A program made the translations under genes and the position numbers. 64,000 bases of DNA from a virus, in the IMG/VR virus record IMGVR_UViG_3300021085_002380, one strand, 5' to 3'. The notes beneath the pieces are model-generated. The model saw only the letters and a list, made by a program, of their open reading frames with translations, had not been told where the DNA came from and did no database searches. Shown here piece after piece: positions 47,426 to 55,506 of this stretch. Every line of letters starts with the position of its first letter. Positions within the stretch are counted from its first letter, which is position 1.

Positions 47426-47469
47426 ATCTTTTATAAATAAACCTATAAGTATTCATAAGAGGGAAGATT

Positions 47470-48525
47470 ATGAAAGGGTTTAAGACACACCTTACTGAGG
47501 CCATTAAAGCTGAAGACTTTGAGGCTGCAATTGTAATTGGTTGGCACGAAATTACTGGCCAACAGATTAGCCCTGAAGCAGCAGGTATATCACAAAAGGT
47601 ATATGATAGTATTATGGCTCAACCGCAATATGTTGATGCTGGTAAAAAGATTGCACAATCAATTAAATCTCATTTTAAACTCGGCGACAAAGTAAAAGCT
47701 GAGCAATACGGTCGTGCAAAGTCAAGCCTTACTTCATTTTGGAGTGGACACGGCGCAACCGATACAACACCAAAGACAGATATCTTAATTGGTGATAAAA
47801 GATTATCGCTGAAAATTGGTATGGCCCAACTTATGTCAGGTGGTAAAGCAGAGTCAACTGCAACTTTCTATGCTGCAATGGAAAAAGCAAACGTTTCCAA
47901 ATCCCCACAACTTAAAAAAGTATTAGGTATCTTTGATGACTTTGTGACTGCACAACTTGCGCCGTCGCAACTAAGACCTATTATTAAAGCAGGTAATAAC
48001 CCGGTAGTTAATCGAGGTGAAGCTGCTCATAAACAAATCATGGCTGAACTTGGTAAACTTTTTGAAGAAAACGAAAAATTCAAAATTGAGTTTGCTCGTG
48101 AAGCAATGTCAGGTTTTGTAAAATACGGAGAGACAAGTAATTCCGCTGCTGAGTTTATGGTTGTCTCGGATCATAACGGATCTTCAACTAAAATCACTTC
48201 AGTATATGACGACGCGTATTGTAAAAAGATTGCTGATGCAATGAAACTGCAGGCTCGGTTTAAAACATCGTCTCGTAAACTAAAAGGTGTAAAGACTGGA
48301 GAGTATAACTTTTGGTCTGTTATTTCCCTTATCGTTGATGCAAAACTCAAGGAAGAAGTTGAGCTTGAAGAAGGTATGTTTAGAAATGTTATTAGCAGGT
48401 TAAAAGGTAAAATTGGTCAAGGTATCAAAAAGGCTAGATCGTTTATTTCAGGTAAGGTATCTAATGTAATGTCATTCTTCCAGGCTGACCCAGATATTAA
48501 GGTTAATACTAAAATTAATTTCTGA
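47470..48525 (+). CDS. Late PD-(D/E)XK-like protein with capsid-targeting-like N-terminus
   Basis: TATAAATA 47432; MKGFKTHLTEA; PKTDILIGDKRLSLK. Confidence 0.6.
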   Translation: MKGFKTHLTEAIKAEDFEAAIVIGWHEITGQQISPEAAGISQKVYDSIMAQPQYVDAGKKIAQSIKSHFKLGDKVKAEQYGRAKSSLTSFWSGHGATDTTPKTDILIGDKRLSLKIGMAQLMSGGKAESTATFYAAMEKANVSKSPQLKKVLGIFDDFVTAQLAPSQLRPIIKAGNNPVVNRGEAAHKQIMAELGKLFEENEKFKIEFAREAMSGFVKYGETSNSAAEFMVVSDHNGSSTKITSVYDDAYCKKIADAMKLQARFKTSSRKLKGVKTGEYNFWSVISLIVDAKLKEEVELEEGMFRNVISRLKGKIGQGIKKARSFISGKVSNVMSFFQADPDIKVNTKINF

Positions 48526-49298
48526 TGGCACAGCTAGGTTTTGTATACGAGCGATATGCATCTGACGCATTAAAGAAATATGATATAGTACCGGCGACAT
48601 TTACACCAGCAGGAGCAGGAGCAGACCAACCGGATTTGATAATTAAAAAGCCAGGACCTCGAGCATTAGGACAGAGTGGTTGTGAATTAAAGATATCGCC
48701 AGCGGCATCAGGTGGATCTTTGGTTTTAAAATATATAAATAGTAAATGGCAATTTGATGAAATACCAGTAAAGGATGTTGAAAAAAGATTTATAAAAGCA
48801 GTTGCAATCCGTGCAAAGGCACTAGACAAAATCAACAAAGCATGGAACGGTATTGAGTCATATAAGTTTGCTACTTCTGCATTATTGACAAACGAAAAGA
48901 AAATATTAACAAAAAGAGAACAATACGCAAAAGAACTGAAAAGGTTTCCTGATGTAAAAGGTGAAATATCAGCTACTGAAATAGAAGGATATTATAACAC
49001 AAAGGACACTTATTATATTAATGTTGGTACACACGGCTTGTATTTGCTAGGACAGAAAAATCCGTTAAATCTAAAAGGACTAAGAACCTTTGGTAAATTA
49101 GCAACAGCAGGTTATAGGGCAAGAGTACAAAACAAAGGTGGCGGAAATTATCAGTTTACATTTGAGTTAACATTTGGTATAATTAAAACGAATCGGTCAG
49201 AATATAATATAGCACCAGTAACAAGTGCAAAAAACGTAACGATAAATTTAGAAGTAATGGAAAAATCTATTGCACGGTTATTTAAGGTAGAAATATGA
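48525..49298 (+). CDS. Putative PD-(D/E)XK endonuclease
   Basis: GFVYE ... QPDLII ... CELK; very basic. Confidence 0.55.
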   Translation: MAQLGFVYERYASDALKKYDIVPATFTPAGAGADQPDLIIKKPGPRALGQSGCELKISPAASGGSLVLKYINSKWQFDEIPVKDVEKRFIKAVAIRAKALDKINKAWNGIESYKFATSALLTNEKKILTKREQYAKELKRFPDVKGEISATEIEGYYNTKDTYYINVGTHGLYLLGQKNPLNLKGLRTFGKLATAGYRARVQNKGGGNYQFTFELTFGIIKTNRSEYNIAPVTSAKNVTINLEVMEKSIARLFKVEI

Positions 49299-50536
49299 AA
49301 AGTTTTAAATCGTTTATGACAGAAGATAAAAACCTTCACATGACACATGCTGAAGACGCTGTTATAGATGGCGGTATAAAAGGAACAAGAAATGTTATCA
49401 ACTATCTCCGTGACATTCGTGATATGCTTAGCGGAAGCGCTAAGTCTGCTGTTAACATAAGTGTTAAATGGGATGGCGCACCTGCAGTGTTTGCAGGAAC
49501 GGACCCGAGCGATGGAAAATTCTTTGTAGCTAAAAAAGGTGTATTTAATAAAAACCCTAAAGTTTATAAAACACATGCTGATATTGACGCAGATACTGTT
49601 GGCAAAGGTGATCTTAATTCCAAATTGAAAGTTGCCCTTGACGAGTTTTCAAAGCTCGGTATCAAAGGTGTAGTACAAGGTGATTTTTTATATGAAAGAA
49701 GTGATATTAAAGAAGAAACGATTGATGGTGAATCGCATCTTACTTTCCATCCTAATACGATTGTTTACGCGGTACCTAAAGCATCAGAACTTGGTAAAGC
49801 AATACTCGGATCCAAGGTCGGTGTGGTCTGGCATACAGTCTACCGAGGAGATGCGTTTGAATCAATGTCGGCAAGTTTTGGAGAGGAGATTGCTTCAGGC
49901 CTCAAAAAAGTAAAATCTGTCTGGTCTGTTGATGCTGTCTTTAAAGACCAATCAGGAACAGCCAATTTTACTGCAGATGAAACTGCAGAGCTTACAAGGA
50001 TACTTTCTCAAATTGGAACACTATTCCGCGTAGTTCCTAAAAAGACATTTGATGGTTTACTACCTTCAACCAATAAAGAACTCAATATGAGAGTAAATAC
50101 TTATATTAACGTTAAGGTACGTGAAGGACAACGTGTAGGTAATCCTAAAGTATTCGTAAAAGGTTTAACAAAGTATCTTAACGATTGGTACGATGGAGAA
50201 ATTGCTACAAAGAAATCACCAAAAGGTAAGGCAACTTGGGAAGCTAAAAAAGCCGACGCAATGAAGTTCTTTAAAACAAACAGGCCAAAAGATATTGAAA
50301 ATCTATTCACAATGTATAACCTAATCGTGGATGCAAAACATATGATCGTACGCAAACTTGAAAAAGTTGACGGATTAAAAACATTGCTTAAAACGAATAA
50401 AGGATTTGAAGTTACAGGACAAGAAGGTTTTGTTGCCATTGACCGTTATGGTAAGAATGCGTTAAAACTTGTTGACCGCTTACAATTTTCAGCAGCAAAC
50501 TTTTCAGACAAATACATTAAAGGATGGCAGAAGTAA
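49295..50536 (+). CDS. DUF6267-like protein, RNA-ligase-like nucleotidyltransferase fold
   Basis: KNLHMTHAED, VKWDGAPA (KxDG), QGDF, EGFV, LKLVDR; starts MKSFKSFMTE. Confidence 0.65.
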   Translation: MKSFKSFMTEDKNLHMTHAEDAVIDGGIKGTRNVINYLRDIRDMLSGSAKSAVNISVKWDGAPAVFAGTDPSDGKFFVAKKGVFNKNPKVYKTHADIDADTVGKGDLNSKLKVALDEFSKLGIKGVVQGDFLYERSDIKEETIDGESHLTFHPNTIVYAVPKASELGKAILGSKVGVVWHTVYRGDAFESMSASFGEEIASGLKKVKSVWSVDAVFKDQSGTANFTADETAELTRILSQIGTLFRVVPKKTFDGLLPSTNKELNMRVNTYINVKVREGQRVGNPKVFVKGLTKYLNDWYDGEIATKKSPKGKATWEAKKADAMKFFKTNRPKDIENLFTMYNLIVDAKHMIVRKLEKVDGLKTLLKTNKGFEVTGQEGFVAIDRYGKNALKLVDRLQFSAANFSDKYIKGWQK

Positions 50537-51327
50537 TGGCTATTTGGAACAAACTAACACAAGCATATTTACAGGGTAATAAAACTCTATTTGAAGCATT
50601 TATGCTTTCAGATAAAGATGGAAATATTATTAATTCGTTTGGCGCTTCCAGTAACGTCCCTATTTCGGCAGGTCTTGTAGATGGTTACGGTCACATTAAT
50701 AAGTTTGGTGCAACCGATGGTGATGTAACCGCAGGTACTATTTGGGATGGAAACAGTGCCGCAGTTATATATCCATATCCAGCAGATAGTGTTGTTGCTG
50801 TTGCTTCGACGCAAAACTCAGGTGCCGCTGTTTTAGTTCAAGGACTTGATGCTAATTTCGAAAGTGCATCAGAAACAATTAATATTGGCTCAACAGGATC
50901 TACAGTATTTTCTCGTATCTTTAGAGCCAGAATGGTCGATACTAATAATGATGCAGATGTATCATTAACTATGGGTGGAACTGTTGCTGCAAAAATTATT
51001 GAAGATCAGGCCCAAACTTTAATGTGCGTTTATACAATTCCAGCAGGTAAAACTGGCTATCTTATGAATATGCAAATGGGTTCAGACAAAGCATCAACAA
51101 ATGCCTCTACGAAATATAGTCTAAGGGCTAGAGATACAGATGGCGGAAACGTGTTTCAAATCAAAGGTATTAATTATGCTGCCGGTGGTCAAAACGTTGT
51201 CCACGAATATCCAATTCCCTTAAAGTTTTCTGAGAAAACCGATATTAGAATTGATGTTGTAGCTGCTGGTTCTGGCCAGACATTTTCTGCAACGCTTGAT
51301 ATTATATTGGTTGACAACCCGACATAA
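50536..51327 (+). CDS. Hypothetical, probably virion structural protein
   Basis: HINKFG..TIW, YTIPAGKTGY, EKTDI motifs; beta-rich. Confidence 0.6.
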   Translation: MAIWNKLTQAYLQGNKTLFEAFMLSDKDGNIINSFGASSNVPISAGLVDGYGHINKFGATDGDVTAGTIWDGNSAAVIYPYPADSVVAVASTQNSGAAVLVQGLDANFESASETINIGSTGSTVFSRIFRARMVDTNNDADVSLTMGGTVAAKIIEDQAQTLMCVYTIPAGKTGYLMNMQMGSDKASTNASTKYSLRARDTDGGNVFQIKGINYAAGGQNVVHEYPIPLKFSEKTDIRIDVVAAGSGQTFSATLDIILVDNPT

Positions 51328-51478
51328 TGTCGCTGTTGCATTAGAAGCAATCCGGCTATATCAAATTGGTAACCATTGTTTACCCATTTCTCTAATAAAT
51401 ATATTTGTAAAAAGGATTAAACCTAGGCGTGGGGTCTAGGATCGGATCATACATACACATATATTAGAGGAAACGGAA

Positions 51479-51733
51479 ATGACACAAGCTATCCTTACGG
51501 CGCACAGCCACTTAACAGGCGCAATCGAAGGCCTACTAGATTTTTTAAAATCAGTAAACGAAAAAAGAATTCAGCATAAAGCAATCCGCGAAACAGAAAA
51601 AGCGCTACAATCATTAACAACTGCAGAGTTGGATGATATTGGAATTACTCGTGGAGATATTTACACAATTGCTCGTTCAAAAAATACTATTGAAAATGTA
51701 AGAACAAACAACAACTTGCGGGGATGGGTTTAA
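51479..51733 (+). CDS. DUF1127 (YjiS-like) small protein
   Basis: ETEKALQSLTTAELDDIGITRGDI. Confidence 0.85.
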   Translation: MTQAILTAHSHLTGAIEGLLDFLKSVNEKRIQHKAIRETEKALQSLTTAELDDIGITRGDIYTIARSKNTIENVRTNNNLRGWV

Positions 51734-51912
51734 TGACAGCATTAGTAAGCAATTATGTATTTTCGCCATTGTCGGGCTTGTGGTCTTCAATAGATCGTTG
51801 GTCCCAGGTGGTTGGTTACTCGAGAGCGGCAGCGGAGCTCGCAAGAATGGGTATGCACGAGGAATCGAAACGTTGTATGATGGAAATCAAAGATTTATAC
51901 GATAACCAGTGA
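51733..51912 (+). CDS. Small hypothetical protein
   Basis: Coupled to DUF1127; GYSRAAAELARMG. Confidence 0.6.
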   Translation: MTALVSNYVFSPLSGLWSSIDRWSQVVGYSRAAAELARMGMHEESKRCMMEIKDLYDNQ

Positions 51913-51939
51913 TATTGACTACAAAGTCTTATAAATAAC

Positions 51940-51964
51940 AGGGCAGCTTAGGTTGCCCTTTTTT
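51940..51964 (+). terminator. Rho-independent terminator
   Basis: AGGGCAGC-TTAG-GTTGCCCT followed by a T run; TATAAATA at 51930 just before it. Confidence 0.75.
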
Positions 51965-51981
51965 GTTTATTGGAGTATATT

Positions 51982-52635
51982 ATGCCAATCTTTTGTGCAA
52001 ATATAAATGATATAGTTGTTAGTTTTACTCATGTACCAAAATGCGGTGGTACATCAGTAAAAACAATGATGCTTGATGCCGAAGGTTTAGATTGGCGAAA
52101 CGAAGTTTCAGTAGATTGGGGTATACCCGAAAATCAACGAACCTATAAAGACTCCTACCGCCAACAAGAAACGCTCTTTCATAAATTCCACAATGAAAAT
52201 TTTTATGATGAAGTACACTATAGAATTTGCATGGTACGCGATCCTATAGAACGATTAAAATCAGCATACACAAATAGAGTTTTATACCACGGCAAGGGAT
52301 CTGTTCCTGGCGGTTGGGAAGAGTTTATATTACGCCTTGGTAAATACAACAACGGCGATCTTACTCATCATACTTTACCTATGGTTAGAGAATTAGGATT
52401 TGAGACTGAAAGATTTGATAAAGTATTTGCAATCAACGAAATGGATAAAGTCGCAAAATTTCTTTCTAAAATAAGCGGAAGAAACGTGCAACCAGTTAAA
52501 CGTCAAACTGGTGGATCTGAATATAAAGACCAAATAAAGCTTTCTGAAAATGATATAAATATAATCAAATACTATTACCGAAAAGATTACAGATATTGGT
52601 GGAATAAAGACGTAGTTCCTCAGGCTTTTATATAA
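51982..52635 (+). CDS. Sulfotransferase (Sulfotransfer_2-like)
   Basis: HVPKCGGTS (5'-PSB), VRDPIERLKSAY (3'-PB). Confidence 0.82.
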   Translation: MPIFCANINDIVVSFTHVPKCGGTSVKTMMLDAEGLDWRNEVSVDWGIPENQRTYKDSYRQQETLFHKFHNENFYDEVHYRICMVRDPIERLKSAYTNRVLYHGKGSVPGGWEEFILRLGKYNNGDLTHHTLPMVRELGFETERFDKVFAINEMDKVAKFLSKISGRNVQPVKRQTGGSEYKDQIKLSENDINIIKYYYRKDYRYWWNKDVVPQAFI

Positions 52636-53297
52636 TGTACATACCAGAAATCAACACATATTTTATTCACATCCCAAAGTGCGGTGGGACCTCGGTTGAA
52701 ATGTTTTTCTTCCGAAACGTATGCGGCTTTCCAAACATGGCAGACAACGGCAAAATGTTTGAACAACTTGGGCGAGAAGTTGGTGCCAAATACCACTTTG
52801 GGCAAAAGACTCCTGAGCCATTACCGACTGGAGAAACTCAACATCTTTCAGCGTGGCAATTAAAAGAATGGAACGATCCTTCTTTCTGTAATTCAAACTA
52901 TACATTTGCGTTTGTTCGTAATCCTTGGCACAGATTTGTATCTGAAACTATATGGAAACAACAACACCTAGGAATGCGCACTCATAACTTAGAAGCTCAA
53001 ATAAGAATGCAGTCGATGGAAAGTACCTATCAAATGAAGTTAAACAGACCTCACAACGCTCCTCAGTATAAGTTTGTTTACGACCAGCATTTTAACTTAC
53101 TTGTTGACGACGTATTTAAGTTAGAAGAAAAAGATAAAGCTGAAAAGGTTATATCAGAAAAGCTTAATATGAAAGTTGAGTTTGGCCACCATAATAAATC
53201 TAAAAGAAAAGATTATGACGATTACCTAACCCCTAAAATCAAAAAAGATTTATATCCATACATTCATAAAGATTTGGAACTGTTTGGCTATGAATAA
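52635..53297 (+). CDS. Sulfotransferase (Sulfotransfer_2-like)
   Basis: FIHIPKCGGTS, FVRNPWHRFVS, DLELFGY. Confidence 0.85.
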   Translation: MYIPEINTYFIHIPKCGGTSVEMFFFRNVCGFPNMADNGKMFEQLGREVGAKYHFGQKTPEPLPTGETQHLSAWQLKEWNDPSFCNSNYTFAFVRNPWHRFVSETIWKQQHLGMRTHNLEAQIRMQSMESTYQMKLNRPHNAPQYKFVYDQHFNLLVDDVFKLEEKDKAEKVISEKLNMKVEFGHHNKSKRKDYDDYLTPKIKKDLYPYIHKDLELFGYE

Positions 53298-54000
53298 AAA
53301 CATATGGATATATTGGTCTCAAGGATTTGACAACGCACCACCTTTAGTCAAAGAATGTTTGAAAAGCGCTAAACATTATAATCCTGATTGGAATATTATT
53401 GAACTTACTGATGTTAACTTAAAAGAATACATTAGTGATATTCATCATCCTGGACCCTTAGCTGCGTATTCAGATATACTCCGTATTTCTCTTCTTAATA
53501 AGTACGGTGGTATATGGATTGATGCAACGGTGTTGTTTAATAAACCACTTGATGAATGGTTGCCTGAATATACAACCGAAGGTATGTTTGCCTTTTCAAA
53601 CCCAACTAAAAGCCATAACGTTTGTAGTTGGTTTTTATATGGTGAAAAAGGTAATTTTTTAGTTGACAAATGGAAAGAAACAGTAGATAATTATTGGGAT
53701 ACGAGACAAAAATTCCACGATTACTTGTGGTTTCATTTTTGCTTTGACACATGTTATAGTCAGTTGCCAGAGTTTAAAAATAAATGGGATAAAGTAAAAA
53801 AGTATAATGCAACATGGAACCCAGCGTCATATGATGGAAATAATCCACATGTATTTGCTCCTTATGATCCAAGACATCTTTCTATCGTTGCCAAAACAGT
53901 TCAAAACTTTACAGCGCCAGTTTACAAGTTAGCGCATCACAATAAAAATTTACCATTAAATTCTCAAATCATTTCACTATTTACTAAGGATATTATATAA
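53290..54000 (+). CDS. Capsular polysaccharide synthesis-type glycosyltransferase (GT32-like)
   Basis: IWIYWSQG..NAP, SDILRISLL.KYGGIWIDAT. Confidence 0.85.
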   Translation: MNKNIWIYWSQGFDNAPPLVKECLKSAKHYNPDWNIIELTDVNLKEYISDIHHPGPLAAYSDILRISLLNKYGGIWIDATVLFNKPLDEWLPEYTTEGMFAFSNPTKSHNVCSWFLYGEKGNFLVDKWKETVDNYWDTRQKFHDYLWFHFCFDTCYSQLPEFKNKWDKVKKYNATWNPASYDGNNPHVFAPYDPRHLSIVAKTVQNFTAPVYKLAHHNKNLPLNSQIISLFTKDII

Positions 54001-54716
54001 TGAAAGTAAGTAAAGCTTATATAATGTATCATGAAGACTCAGTGTCTGTTGAATATGCAAAAGTCTCAGCGGCGTCCTGCGATAAAGTTGGTTTGCCGTG
54101 GGAATATTATAAAGGCTATAAGCCAACCAATCAAAAAGATCTTTGGAAAAACTTTAAAAATACTGCAGGTGTTAATGTTCCTAAATTTAAAGTTATGGCC
54201 GAAGGTGCCGCGGGTTGTACTGCAAGTCATGCTCATTTATGGAAACGTATTTCTGAAAACAAAGAGTGCGTTATTATATTAGAACATGACGGTATTATGC
54301 TGCATCCGCTTAATTTGGATATTCCTGACGATAGAATTGTTGCGCTAGGATATAAGTATTATAATTGGGATAAGTATGACTATCAAACTGCAGGGCCACC
54401 AAAGAGATTGGTTGATGTCCAATTCCACCCAGGATCTCACGCGTATGCTCTTACTCATGTTATGGCTCAAACTTTAGTTGATGAAATAGAAAAAGACGGA
54501 GTATCTGAAGCTATTGATAATAGACACTTTATGCATACGCGAGTAGGATATACAAAAACAAAAATGTGTATTACTGATCCTATTGCTGGTATGGGAGCGT
54601 TAAGGAAATCTACAATATGGGGAGCATCAGCAACCCACAATAATACTAAAGAATTGCTACCTTCGTTTAAGGAGCATTTTACAGGTGAATACACGGAGGC
54701 AGCCAAAAAATGTTAG
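54000..54716 (+). CDS. Glycosyltransferase family 25-like
   Basis: GCTASH..LWK, ILEHD, GSHAY. Confidence 0.72.
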   Translation: MKVSKAYIMYHEDSVSVEYAKVSAASCDKVGLPWEYYKGYKPTNQKDLWKNFKNTAGVNVPKFKVMAEGAAGCTASHAHLWKRISENKECVIILEHDGIMLHPLNLDIPDDRIVALGYKYYNWDKYDYQTAGPPKRLVDVQFHPGSHAYALTHVMAQTLVDEIEKDGVSEAIDNRHFMHTRVGYTKTKMCITDPIAGMGALRKSTIWGASATHNNTKELLPSFKEHFTGEYTEAAKKC

Positions 54717-55474
54717 ACCACGAAATTGAAATTGAAAAAGACGGCGCAAAATATATTATGAAAGATCATAAGTATTATGCGTATTATCAGTTTGGATTGC
54801 AAAGGACAGGGACAACTATTATTGATAGAATGATCCGTGATAACTTTAAATTCAATAAAGCAAATGATCTTACACCGCATACAGTTAAACCACCTAACGC
54901 AGATGTATTAACGTGGAAACATGAGCTTAACGTGCCAAAACTTTTACGCCCGGGTTTACCTGTAGTTTTAAACCACAAAAACCCATATACTTGGCTTGAG
55001 TCCATGTTGTATAGAAGAGGCGCATCAAACGGCGGGTGGCAACAAACATACGGAAAAGTATACGAAACACAAAACCAATGGGAAAGAAACAAAACTAGAA
55101 TTGATGTTGATGACAACGGTACTTGCTTTCCTGACCAAATGCTAAGATGCTATAAACATTGGTTTAATACTTGGCTAAAGTATCATGACGAAAATCCTGA
55201 AACAACAATGCTTATTAAGTGGGAACATTTATTATATAAAGATTTACGTGAAGATATTTTTGACGAAATGTGGAAAAAGTTTAATTGGCCTGAATATCAA
55301 TACCCAGAATATGTTTGGGCAATGCACTCAGGCTCTTCACTACCTATGACTAAAGATCGCATAGCTTATTACGTTAAAAGCGTTCCTACACAATTGGAAC
55401 AAAGGTTTATAGATATGGTTCCTAAAATTATGGGCGAAGATCTTATGAAACGGTTGGGTTACTCAATCTTATAA
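54710..55474 (+). CDS. Sulfotransferase-like protein
   Basis: GLQRTGT, KNPYTWLES, IKWEHL, LGY tail. Confidence 0.65.
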   Translation: MLDHEIEIEKDGAKYIMKDHKYYAYYQFGLQRTGTTIIDRMIRDNFKFNKANDLTPHTVKPPNADVLTWKHELNVPKLLRPGLPVVLNHKNPYTWLESMLYRRGASNGGWQQTYGKVYETQNQWERNKTRIDVDDNGTCFPDQMLRCYKHWFNTWLKYHDENPETTMLIKWEHLLYKDLREDIFDEMWKKFNWPEYQYPEYVWAMHSGSSLPMTKDRIAYYVKSVPTQLEQRFIDMVPKIMGEDLMKRLGYSIL

Positions 55475-55506
55475 ATATTGGGAATAGTTTTTATCTTGAG
55501 GGCAAA

